Part shown: positions 1 through 8,589 of the stretch, piece by piece
Numbering within the stretch: position 1 is the first letter of the stretch
Layout of the letters: each line of letters starts with the position of its first letter
NCBI GenBank assembly: GCA_965214605.1
Contig: OZ243961.1
Location: forward strand, 320,001 to 384,000
Origin: an uncultured Candidatus Binatia bacterium
GTDB taxonomy: Bacteria; Desulfobacterota; Binatia; Bin18
DNA length: 64,000 bases
Direction: 5' to 3'
The notes under the pieces: generated by a model
The model's input: only the letters and a program-made list of their open reading frames with translations
What the model was told of the DNA's origin: nothing
Databases searched by the model: none
Program-made: the position numbers and the translations under genes

Positions 1-1
1 C

Positions 2-571
2 CGAGAGGCCCTGGTGCTTTGGCGCGGTGGGATTGGTCCGTACCAGGAGCAGACACCAGTCCGCATAATTGGCTAAACTCGTCCACACTTTTTGCCCGTT
101 GACAATAAAAGTGTCCCCCTCTTCCTTGGCCTGGGTTTGCAGAGAGCCCAGATCCGATCCTGAGTTGGGCTCCGAGTACCCTTGGCTCCAGACCTCTTCT
201 CCGCTGAGAATTTTTGACAGATATCTTCTCTTTTGGTCTTCCGTGCCGTGTGTAATGATCGTTGGTCCAACGATCTCCAGTCCCAACACATTCATCAAGG
301 CCGGCGCTTGATGCGCCGCCATCTCTTCATCAAAGATCATCCGTTCAACCAGCGAGGCCCCTCTGCCGCCGTACTCCTTGGGCCACGAGAGGCCCGCCCA
401 GCCGCCTTCGTAGACCGTTTTTTGCCAGTCTTTCAGGAACGTGAGATCGGCCGACGACGCTTGGGGATGCAGGTGGCGCAGCTGGCCGCTGTTGGGCGGG
501 ACATGGGTCGAGAGCCAGGACCGGAGTTCACGTCGGAAGGTTTCCTGTTGGGGGGTAAAGGTGAAATCCAT
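2..571 (-). CDS. Acyl-CoA dehydrogenase (5' part; runs off window start)
   Basis: Manual translation from ATG at 571 (GGAG RBS upstream): MDFTFTPQQETFRRELRSWL...WPKEYGGRG...WSQGYSEPNSGSDL...NGQKVWTS, typical ACAD motifs. Not in the ORF track because it is truncated. Confidence 0.9.
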   Translation of the reverse strand, partial: MDFTFTPQQETFRRELRSWLSTHVPPNSGQLRHLHPQASSADLTFLKDWQKTVYEGGWAGLSWPKEYGGRGASLVERMIFDEEMAAHQAPALMNVLGLEIVGPTIITHGTEDQKRRYLSKILSGEEVWSQGYSEPNSGSDLGSLQTQAKEEGDTFIVNGQKVWTSLANYADWCLLLVRTNPTAPKHQGLS

Positions 572-588
572 GGCGGTACTCCTTTGAG

Positions 589-2034
589 CTATGCTGAGAG
601 TTTTGTCTTCAACAATTGGTTGACGAGTTGCGGATTCGCTCTCCCCTGGGTCGCCCTCATGATCTGGCCAACAAAGAAGCCGAGCAGTTTTTTCTTCCCA
701 CCCCGGTAGGCGGCAACCTGATCTGCATTGGCGGCCATGACCTGATCAATCTGGGCTTCGAGTGTGGCGGTATCGCTGACCTGAAGCAGCCCTTGAGCGT
801 GAATGATTGCGTCCGGGGGCTGGCCGCTGCTGCGCATTTGGTCAAAGACGGTTTTTGCAATTTTGCCGCTGATTTGGCCGTCGTGGATCAGGCTGACGAG
901 CTGTGCGAGGTGCGCAGGCGGACACGGCCAGCGGGAAATATGCAGCCGATTGTCGAGTGTCTCGTCTTTGAGCACGCGCAGCACGCTGTCCATCACCCAG
1001 TTGCTCAGCGATTTTGGATCGACCGCCTGAGCGTGCACCGCCTCTTCATAATAGTCGGCAACGTCCTTATGGGCGGTTAAGACCGCAGCGTTGTAGGCCG
1101 GAAGGCCGTATGCCTCGATAAAGCGCCTTTGTCGGTCGGTCGGGAGCTCCGGCAAGCTGGTTTTGAGGGCTGCCACCCAGGTGTCGTCAACGACAAGGGG
1201 GAGTAAATCTGGGTCGGGAAAGTAGCGATAATCGTGGGCAAACTCTTTGGTGCGCATTGAGCGGGTGACTTCCCGCTCAGCATCCCACAGCCGGGTTTCC
1301 TGTACAATCCTTTCGCCCGATTCGGTGGCCCGTATCTGACGGGTCCTCTCGTACGCAATCGCCTTTTCGACCGCTCTGAACGAATTGACATTTTTAATTT
1401 CGGTGCGGGTCCCCAACTCGGCACTGCCGCGCGGTCGAATTGACACATTGGCATCGCAGCGCAGGCTGCCCTCTTCCATATTGCCGTCACACACTTCGAG
1501 ATACCGCAGCAGGGTGCGCAAGGTGCGCATATACGCCCCGGCCTCTTCAGGGCTGCGTATATCCGGCTCACTGACAATTTCCAAGAGCGGCACCCCGGTG
1601 CGGTTCAGATCCACCAAACTCGCCTCCCCCTCGGCGTCGTGAATATTCTTGCCGGCGTCCTCTTCCATATGAATCCGGGTCAGGCGCACCCGTGTGGTCC
1701 GATCCTGAAGCGGCACGTCAAGATAGCCGTGCTCGGCAATGGGGAGCTCATACATGCTGATCTGATAGCCCTTGGGCAGATCTGGGTAAAAATAATTCTT
1801 GCGTGCCCAGCGACTGTGGGCTGCAATCCGGCAGTGGGTGGCCAGGGCAGTCTTGAGGGCATAATCGACCACCCGTTTGTTGAGGACCGGCAACACCCCG
1901 GGGAGTCCCATACACACCGGGCAGGTGTTATGGTTGGGCGCGGCGCCGAACTGGGTCGAGCACCCGCAAAAAATCTTTGACTCGGTCAACAGTTGGGCGT
2001 GGACTTCAAGGCCGATAACGGATTCGTATTCCAT
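589..2034 (-). CDS. gatB: Asp/Glu-tRNA amidotransferase subunit B
   Basis: [24 protein letters not shown] and YRYFPDPDL motifs; gatCAB order. Confidence 0.98.
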   Translation of the reverse strand: MEYESVIGLEVHAQLLTESKIFCGCSTQFGAAPNHNTCPVCMGLPGVLPVLNKRVVDYALKTALATHCRIAAHSRWARKNYFYPDLPKGYQISMYELPIAEHGYLDVPLQDRTTRVRLTRIHMEEDAGKNIHDAEGEASLVDLNRTGVPLLEIVSEPDIRSPEEAGAYMRTLRTLLRYLEVCDGNMEEGSLRCDANVSIRPRGSAELGTRTEIKNVNSFRAVEKAIAYERTRQIRATESGERIVQETRLWDAEREVTRSMRTKEFAHDYRYFPDPDLLPLVVDDTWVAALKTSLPELPTDRQRRFIEAYGLPAYNAAVLTAHKDVADYYEEAVHAQAVDPKSLSNWVMDSVLRVLKDETLDNRLHISRWPCPPAHLAQLVSLIHDGQISGKIAKTVFDQMRSSGQPPDAIIHAQGLLQVSDTATLEAQIDQVMAANADQVAAYRGGKKKLLGFFVGQIMRATQGRANPQLVNQLLKTKLSA

Positions 2035-2107
2035 AGCTCAATTTTTTGCTGCAGCCAGACAGAGAGAACGATGACGGCCGCCCCGGTAAGAGCATTGTGT
2101 CGGGTGC

Positions 2108-3568
2108 TCAAATGGAGGGTTTTCTCGTCTGCCACTCAGTGGCCTGCTCATAGGCATAGCCGGCCTGCAGCAGCGTCTCCTCACCAAACGGTGCTCCAAT
2201 CAGTTGGAGGCTGATCGGCAGCCCCTGGGTGTCAAATCCACACGGGACCGACAGCCCCGGCAGCCCGGCGAGGTTGACGGCAATCGTAAAAATGTCTGAC
2301 AAATACATGGTCAGGGGATCGGTGACTTTCTCTCCGATCTGAAATGCTGTTGTTGGCGCGGTCGGTGTGGCAATCATATCGCAGTGCTCAAAGGCGGCCA
2401 GAAAATCCCGCCGAATTAAGTGGCGCACCTTTTGGGCCTTCAAATAGTACGCCTCGTAATAGCCGGCCGACAAGGCGTAGGTGCCGAGCAGAATGCGCCG
2501 TTTGACCTCCGGGCCGAACCCCTGGGCTCTGGTCTGGCGGTACATCTCGGTCAAGCCCGTCGCGTGCTCCGTCCGATAGCCGTACTTCACTCCGTCGTAG
2601 CGGGCAAGGTTTGAGCTCGCCTCGGCCGTGGCAACGATGTAATAGGCGGCGACAGCATAGTCGGTATGCGGCAGGGAGATCGAAACCGGCGCAGCGCCGA
2701 GCGCCTCCAACTCCTCAATCGCGCGGCGGACCGCGCGGGCGACCTCCGGCTGCACGCCCGGCACAAAATACTCTTTGGGAATCCCGACTCTGAGTCCCCG
2801 GACGCCACGCTTGAGCGCCGCCTGATAGTCCGGCACCGGCAGGTCGACCGAGGTCGACTCTCGGGGGTCATGGCCGGCAATGACCTGAAGCAGTGTGGCA
2901 CAGTCGCGCACATCCTTTGTCAGCGGTCCCACCTGATCGAGGGAGGAGGCATAGGCGACGACCCCAAAGCGACTCACCCGCCCATAGGTCGGCTTTAGCC
3001 CGACCACGCCGCAAAATGAGGCTGGCAAACGGATTGAGCCGCCGGTGTCTGTCCCCAGCGCCGCCAAGGCTTGGTCGGCCGCAACGCAGGCTGCCGAACC
3101 GCCCGAAGAACCACCGGGGACTCTCGAAATATCCCACGGGTTTCGGGTTGGGCCGTAGGCCGAGTTCTCGTTCGACGACCCCATGCCGAATTCATCGCAG
3201 TTCACCTTCCCCACAATGACCGCACCGGCGCCTTTGAGGTGATGGGTCACGCTGGCATCGTAGGGCGGTATGAAGTGCTCGAGGATTTTCGAGCCGGCCG
3301 TCGACCGCAGGCCTTTGGTCAGAATAAGATCTTTGATCGCAATCGGAATGCCGCACAGTGGGGGAGGGGACTGCGGGCTGGCTAGGCGGCGGTCTGCCGC
3401 CTCAGCCTGGGCGAGGGCCTGTTTTTCGTCGACCGTGACATAGGAGTGGAGCGTCCCGTCAGTCGCCTGAATTCGTGCAAGAACGGCTCGGGTGAGTTCT
3501 TGTGCGCTGAGTTCACGCGACTGCAACAACGCGCGGGCGTGATGGATGGTGAGGCGGGAGGGGTCCAT
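2108..3568 (-). CDS. gatA: Asp/Glu-tRNA amidotransferase subunit A
   Basis: Amidase signature GGSSGGSAA...GTDTGGSIR; SSNLARYDG; [11 protein letters not shown]. Confidence 0.98.
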   Translation of the reverse strand: MDPSRLTIHHARALLQSRELSAQELTRAVLARIQATDGTLHSYVTVDEKQALAQAEAADRRLASPQSPPPLCGIPIAIKDLILTKGLRSTAGSKILEHFIPPYDASVTHHLKGAGAVIVGKVNCDEFGMGSSNENSAYGPTRNPWDISRVPGGSSGGSAACVAADQALAALGTDTGGSIRLPASFCGVVGLKPTYGRVSRFGVVAYASSLDQVGPLTKDVRDCATLLQVIAGHDPRESTSVDLPVPDYQAALKRGVRGLRVGIPKEYFVPGVQPEVARAVRRAIEELEALGAAPVSISLPHTDYAVAAYYIVATAEASSNLARYDGVKYGYRTEHATGLTEMYRQTRAQGFGPEVKRRILLGTYALSAGYYEAYYLKAQKVRHLIRRDFLAAFEHCDMIATPTAPTTAFQIGEKVTDPLTMYLSDIFTIAVNLAGLPGLSVPCGFDTQGLPISLQLIGAPFGEETLLQAGYAYEQATEWQTRKPSI

Positions 3569-3573
3569 GGTCG

Positions 3574-3861
3574 TTAGTCGATGATCTTGGGCACTTTCAA
3601 AAAATCGGCTTGTCGTTGTGGCGCGTTTTGGAGCAGCGCGTCCGCGTCGGCCTCGGTCGTGACCCGATCCTCGCGCAGGCGGCCTGCCATATCAACCGCC
3701 TGGGCCAAGGGCTCAACCCCGTCTGTCTCAAGCTCATTGAGTTTGTCCATGTAGGTCAAGACCTTATCGAAATGGGCCACGAGCTCATCCGTCTCCACGT
3801 CGCTGAGTTGTAGACGGGCCAAAACCGCCACCCGCTGGACTTCTTGTCGCTTCACTCGCAT
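3574..3861 (-). CDS. gatC: Asp/Glu-tRNA amidotransferase subunit C
   Basis: 95 aa, VAVLARL...LREDRV...NAP...KVPKII; directly upstream of gatA. Confidence 0.95.
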   Translation of the reverse strand: MRVKRQEVQRVAVLARLQLSDVETDELVAHFDKVLTYMDKLNELETDGVEPLAQAVDMAGRLREDRVTTEADADALLQNAPQRQADFLKVPKIID

Positions 3862-4279
3862 AGTGCTGGATATCCTAAAAGAAAGGGCTTGATCCGGCTA
3901 GGGGCTCTCGGCTACTCTCTTGAGCAGGGTGGGGGTGAGCGAGGGCGCTGCGGGGCGCTTTTGTCCGGGACGGCGGAGCGATTTCTGTGGGAGCGGCGCT
4001 GTCATTAGGTGGCCAAAAGATCTGCTGTGGCTGGAGGAGACTGATTGCGGGGCCCGTGTCCGGCGGTTCTTGCTTGAGGGCCGCCGCCTCAGCCGGGCCC
4101 TGAGTGCGGTGACCCGGCGGCACCGGCGGCGCTGTCTCACCCCTCATCTCAGCACCGCCGGTGACCCGCCCCCCGGCTGTGACGTCAAGTGAGAGGCTCC
4201 CTGTGACCGAGCGGGCGGGGCTCGGCGGCCACCGCCAGACTGAGGCGTTTGAGCTCTTCTCCGCTCTCTAGAGGTTTTC

Positions 4280-5560
4280 GTGCTGGATATAAAAATTGTC
4301 CGTGAGCATCCTGAGTTTGTCAAACGTGAGCTCCGCAAGGTTGATTTCCCGGCCGCGGATATTGATGCCTTGCTGGACTGTGACCGCCGGCGGCGTGCGG
4401 CCATCCAAGAAACCGAGGCGCTGCGCGCCTACCGCACCGCCCGCTCAAAAGAGATCCGCCGCATAACCGACCCCGAAGCGCGTCAACAGGCTATTGACGA
4501 AATGCGGGCGGTTGGCGGGCGAGTCCGTCGGCACGAAAAAGAGGTGGCCGCCTGTGAGGAGGAGTTTCAGCGGCGTTTGCTGCTGCTGCCGAACCTCCCG
4601 CATCCGGATGTTCCGGTTGGCAGAGACGAGCACGACAACCGCGTGACGCGACGCGTTGGCGACCGCCGTGCGTTTGCTTTTCCCCCCAAGCCGCACTGGG
4701 AGTTGGCCGAGCAGCTGGGGATTATTGATTTTGCGCGCGGCGTCAAGATTTCCGGGACCCGTTTCTACGTCCTCAAAGGGCTCGGCGCCCGTCTCCAACG
4801 CGCCCTGATCAGTTGGATGCTGGATCTGCATATCACACAGCACGGCTATACCGAGGTCTATCCGCCGGTCATGGTCAAAGAGCAGTGTCTGGTCGGGACC
4901 GGCAACCTGCCTAAATTTGGCGAGAACCTGTACCGGGACAGTGACGAAGACTTTTGGTTTATCCCCACGGCCGAGGTGCCGGTGACCAATCTGTACCGGG
5001 ACGAGCTGCTTGAGGCCGATGCCCTGCCGATTTACCATGTGGCCTACACGCCCTGTTTTCGGCGGGAAAAAATGTCGGCTGGCCGTGATGTGCGCGGCAT
5101 CAAGCGGGGGCATCAGTTTGATAAGGTCGAAATGGTCAAGTTTGTCCGGCCCGAAACCTCAGACGCCGAACTCACCACTCTGGTTGAGAATGCCGAGGAT
5201 GTGTGCCGCGGGCTCGGCCTCTCCCACCGGGTGGTCGAGATGTGTACTGGGGACCTGAGCTTTGTGGCCGCCATGAAGTACGACGTAGAAATATGGGCCC
5301 CGGGCTGCCAAGAGTGGTTAGAAGTCAGCTCGTGCTCGAACTTCCGGGATTTTCAGGCCCGCCGAGCCAAGATTCGCTATCGCCCAGAGCGTGGGGCCAA
5401 ACCGGAATTTGTGCATACCTTAAACGGTTCCGGCCTGGCCCTCCCCCGTGTGTTGATCGCCGTGTTGGAGAATTATCAGCAGGCGGATGGGAGTGTCGAG
5501 ATTCCGGCCGTCGTCCGTCCCTATATGGCTGGCATAGAGCGGATTGGCCCGGCGGTCTGA
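4280..5560 (+). CDS. serS: Serine--tRNA ligase
   Basis: MLDIK start, N-terminal coiled coil, PTAEVP, HQFDKVE, EVSSCSN, HTLNGSGLA. Confidence 0.98.
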   Translation: MLDIKIVREHPEFVKRELRKVDFPAADIDALLDCDRRRRAAIQETEALRAYRTARSKEIRRITDPEARQQAIDEMRAVGGRVRRHEKEVAACEEEFQRRLLLLPNLPHPDVPVGRDEHDNRVTRRVGDRRAFAFPPKPHWELAEQLGIIDFARGVKISGTRFYVLKGLGARLQRALISWMLDLHITQHGYTEVYPPVMVKEQCLVGTGNLPKFGENLYRDSDEDFWFIPTAEVPVTNLYRDELLEADALPIYHVAYTPCFRREKMSAGRDVRGIKRGHQFDKVEMVKFVRPETSDAELTTLVENAEDVCRGLGLSHRVVEMCTGDLSFVAAMKYDVEIWAPGCQEWLEVSSCSNFRDFQARRAKIRYRPERGAKPEFVHTLNGSGLALPRVLIAVLENYQQADGSVEIPAVVRPYMAGIERIGPAV

Positions 5561-5694
5561 AGTCGGTGTCGGCACCGTGTCCGGCAGGAGGATGAGCTGG
5601 AGACCCTTGTCGCATACAGCCGTTTGTCCGCTGGCTCAGGGGGCTTGACGGGATGGGAAGGGGCAGATACTTATCGGCCGGACATAGCGGAGTT

Positions 5695-6060
5695 GTGGCA
5701 CCCGAATCGGAAAAAAAAGAGTCCGGTCAGGAGCGTGAAGACAAGATTGAGCGCCTGACCAAAGAACTCTCCGGTCTCATCAACGAAGCCGGAACCCAGG
5801 GGCGTGAAGAACTGCGGGATTACGCCGTGAGCCTGATTCAGGCAGAGACCGAGACGACGTTAGTTGAAGAGGCGGCCGAACAACCCCAAGGAGGGAGGCA
5901 GACAGGAGGAATGGGGCTTCTCGCCCTCAGTATTCCGCTCTTCCTGATCGGCATCTTTTTGCTCCTTCTCTTTCCTCCAGTTGGCATGGTCATGCTCTTG
6001 TTTGCGGGTGTCATGGTCGTTGGCGGAGGGCTCTATACGCTGCTGTTTCATCGCAAATAG
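5695..6060 (+). CDS. Hypothetical membrane protein, first gene of Rieske/cytochrome b operon (start uncertain: 5653 or 5695)
   Basis: Charged helical N-terminus plus two C-terminal hydrophobic helices; ends 27 bp upstream of the Rieske gene. Confidence 0.65.
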   Translation: MAPESEKKESGQEREDKIERLTKELSGLINEAGTQGREELRDYAVSLIQAETETTLVEEAAEQPQGGRQTGGMGLLALSIPLFLIGIFLLLLFPPVGMVMLLFAGVMVVGGGLYTLLFHRK

Positions 6061-6087
6061 ACCTCACGGCAGGAGGAAACGCGCGAT

Positions 6088-6690
6088 ATGGCCAGAAAAC
6101 CCATCTCAGAAGAAGAACAACGAGAAATCGAAGCGCGGCGCCGTATCGAACAGATTGCCGAACGCAAGAAGCGGGTCTCCGAGCGGGCTGAGCGGAGTGG
6201 TTTGTGGTCTCGGCGCGACTTTTTTGGTCGGCTCAGCTGGGGCGGCTTCGGCCTCGTGTCGCTGATAGGCCTGCTGGCCTTTGTCCGGTCGGCTTTTCCC
6301 CGCGTGCTCTTTTTGCCCCCCTCGAAATTCAAAGCCGGTTTTCCGGGCGATTACCCGGTCGGTGAGGTGAGCGAAAAATACACCCAGGAATTTCGCGTCT
6401 GGATCGTCCGTGAACCCATCGGGCTCTACGCGATCTTTGCCAAATGTACCCACCTCGGCTGCACCCCGCGCTGGTCGGGCTCCGAGAATAAATACAAGTG
6501 CCCCTGCCACGGGAGCGGCTATGACAAGGCCGGCTACAATTTTGAAGGGCCTGCGCCCCGCCCGATGGACCGCTTTGAGCTCTCGCTTGATGAGGAAGGG
6601 CAACTCGAGGTGGATATGAGCAAGATTTTTACCATGCAGCCCGGGGGAGACCCCAACAAGCAACATCCGGACAGTATTCTCAGGATCTAA
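6088..6690 (+). CDS. petC: Rieske 2Fe-2S subunit of a Rieske/cytochrome b complex
   Basis: Tat-like SRRDFF plus TM helix; CTHLGC and CPCHGSGY boxes; GPAPRP. Confidence 0.93.
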   Translation: MARKPISEEEQREIEARRRIEQIAERKKRVSERAERSGLWSRRDFFGRLSWGGFGLVSLIGLLAFVRSAFPRVLFLPPSKFKAGFPGDYPVGEVSEKYTQEFRVWIVREPIGLYAIFAKCTHLGCTPRWSGSENKYKCPCHGSGYDKAGYNFEGPAPRPMDRFELSLDEEGQLEVDMSKIFTMQPGGDPNKQHPDSILRI

Positions 6691-6706
6691 CCAAGGAAGA
6701 CACGCT

Positions 6707-7477
6707 ATGAGCCAGTGGGACGAACTCAAACGCCAGGTGATGGAATCGCAGGCGTGGCAGTCCATCTTTCGCCACGGCTACGAGGACACGCCGCGGAACC
6801 GGATTCTGATGGTGTCGGGCAATGTGTGGCTCCATCTCCATCCGTCTAAAGTCCGCAAGCATTCAACCCGCCTGCGCTTCACCTGGTGCATGGGCGGGAT
6901 TACCTTCCTCATGTTTTTGGTCACGACCATAACCGGGGTGTATCTCATGTTCTACTACCGGCCGGTCGCCGAATACGCCTACGCGGATATCAAATATCTT
7001 GAATTTGATATGCCGTTTGGCATGTTGATGCGCAATATGCACCGCTGGGCGGCGCACGGCATGGTCATTGCCGTCTGGCTCCACATGTTTCGCGTCTTTA
7101 TGACCGGCTCCTATAAGCCGCCGCGCGAATTTAATTGGGTCGTGGGGGTTATTCTGCTGGTGCTCACCCTGTTGCTGTCCTTTACCGGCTACTTATTGCC
7201 CTGGGATCAGCTGTCAATTTGGGCGGTCTCCGTCGGATCGAACATGGGTCGGGCCACACCGCTGTTGGGGCACGAAGGTCCGGGCCGCGAGCTGCTGGGG
7301 GTCAACGCGGTCTATGACGCGCGGGCCTTTCTGTTTGGCGGCGGAGAAATTGGGGCGCATACCCTGCTGCGCTTCTACATTTTGCACTGTATTTTTATCC
7401 CGTTGGTGACCAGTCTGTTCCTGGCGGTCCACTTTTGGCGGATTCGGCGGGACGGATTCTCCGGTCCTCCACTGTAG
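6707..7477 (+). CDS. petB: Cytochrome b6-like subunit (split cytochrome b, N-terminal half)
   Basis: WCMGGITF, MHRWAAH, HMFRVFMTGSYKPPREFNW, GYLLPWDQ, RFYILH. Confidence 0.95.
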   Translation: MSQWDELKRQVMESQAWQSIFRHGYEDTPRNRILMVSGNVWLHLHPSKVRKHSTRLRFTWCMGGITFLMFLVTTITGVYLMFYYRPVAEYAYADIKYLEFDMPFGMLMRNMHRWAAHGMVIAVWLHMFRVFMTGSYKPPREFNWVVGVILLVLTLLLSFTGYLLPWDQLSIWAVSVGSNMGRATPLLGHEGPGRELLGVNAVYDARAFLFGGGEIGAHTLLRFYILHCIFIPLVTSLFLAVHFWRIRRDGFSGPPL

Positions 7478-7492
7478 GGGAGGGGAAGAGTC

Positions 7493-7582
7493 ATGCATGT
7501 GCTCGTTGTGCCCATCCTCATGGTCCTGGTGTTATGGGGGCTGTACGTGATTGCCAAGCCCCGCGTCCACAAGGATTCCTAA
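7493..7582 (+). CDS. 29-aa single-TM microprotein inside the operon
   Basis: MHVLVVPILMVLVLWGLYVIAKPRVHKDS*; purine-rich RBS GGGAGGGGAAGAG; fills the petB-petD gap. Confidence 0.6.
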   Translation: MHVLVVPILMVLVLWGLYVIAKPRVHKDS

Positions 7583-7600
7583 GCTCTTGCGGAGAGACGT

Positions 7601-8398
7601 ATGGCTGAAGTGACCGCTCCAACGCCACGGGTTGAGGCCTCGCTGAAAAAAGCGGGCAAGCCTGGGGACGACAAAGTCCACACCTGGCCCTTTCTGGTGC
7701 GCAGCGAGTTTCTGTGCACCATCCTCGTCCTGGTCTTTCTGCTCTTCTGGTCGTTGTTGGTCGACGCCCCCCTTGAAGAGCCCGCCAATCCGGGGCGGAC
7801 GCCCAACCCCTCAAAAGCTCCCTGGTATTTCCTGGGGTTACAGGAAATCCTGGTATTTTTTGATCCCTGGCATGCGGGCGTGGTTGCTCCGACCTTTATC
7901 ATTATCGGCCTGATGGTCATTCCCTATATTGACATTAATACCAAAGGGAACGGCTACTATACCTTTCAAGAGCGGAAGTATGAGATTTTGACCTTCCTGT
8001 TTGGCTTTCAGGTCCTGTGGGTGTCCACCGTTATCATTGGGACCTTTCTGCGCGGTCCTGGCTGGAACTGGTTCTGGCCCTGGGAGCCGTGGGACTCCCA
8101 TAAGGTTGAAGCGATGACGAACCAGGATCTGCCCTATTTGGTCGGGCTGCGCGACTACTGGACTTCGGCCGCCTTTGGAGGGGGGTTGGTTGTTCTGTAC
8201 TTTATTGTGGGGACTGTCCTGATGTATTGGTGGGTGGTGTGGCTCAAAGGCCGGGAGTTCATGCACCGCTGGGGAATGGCGCGTTTTGGGCTCACCGCGT
8301 TTCTGTTTCTGAATATGCTCGCCATTGTGGTCAAGATGGTGATGCGCAGTGCTTTCAACATCAAGTACATTATGGTGACACCGTGGCTGAATATATGA
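7601..8398 (+). CDS. petD: Cytochrome b6 subunit IV-like protein with extra C-terminal TM helices
   Basis: PLEEPANPGRTPNPSKAPWYFLG (PEWY-equivalent); PYID; multiple TM helices. Confidence 0.88.
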   Translation: MAEVTAPTPRVEASLKKAGKPGDDKVHTWPFLVRSEFLCTILVLVFLLFWSLLVDAPLEEPANPGRTPNPSKAPWYFLGLQEILVFFDPWHAGVVAPTFIIIGLMVIPYIDINTKGNGYYTFQERKYEILTFLFGFQVLWVSTVIIGTFLRGPGWNWFWPWEPWDSHKVEAMTNQDLPYLVGLRDYWTSAAFGGGLVVLYFIVGTVLMYWWVVWLKGREFMHRWGMARFGLTAFLFLNMLAIVVKMVMRSAFNIKYIMVTPWLNI

Positions 8399-8405
8399 GG
8401 CGCGG

Positions 8406-8579
8406 GTGGTGCTGGGGGTTGCAAAATTTTTACAGGCCTTCGCCTTGGCCGTTGTGGGCTATGCGCTGATGGTCGGCCTGACCGAAGCCAACAGCATGGG
8501 CAAGGAGTTATACCTCCTTGGGGCCGGCGTTGTAGTGTTTTACCTTGGCCGCCTGCTTGAACAGCGGGTGCGGGTCTAA
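8406..8579 (+). CDS. ~57-aa two-TM small membrane protein inside the operon
   Basis: GTG start after GAGG; VLGVAKFLQAFALAVVGYALMVGLTEANSMGKELYLLGAGVVVFYLGRLLEQRVRV*; fills the gap before the cytochrome c gene. Confidence 0.65.
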   Translation: MVLGVAKFLQAFALAVVGYALMVGLTEANSMGKELYLLGAGVVVFYLGRLLEQRVRV

Positions 8580-8589
8580 GTTGGGACGT

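Noticed and set aside
3875-4200. Small ORFs between gatC and serS
   Set aside because: Several overlapping low-complexity frames, none with a clear RBS or motif.
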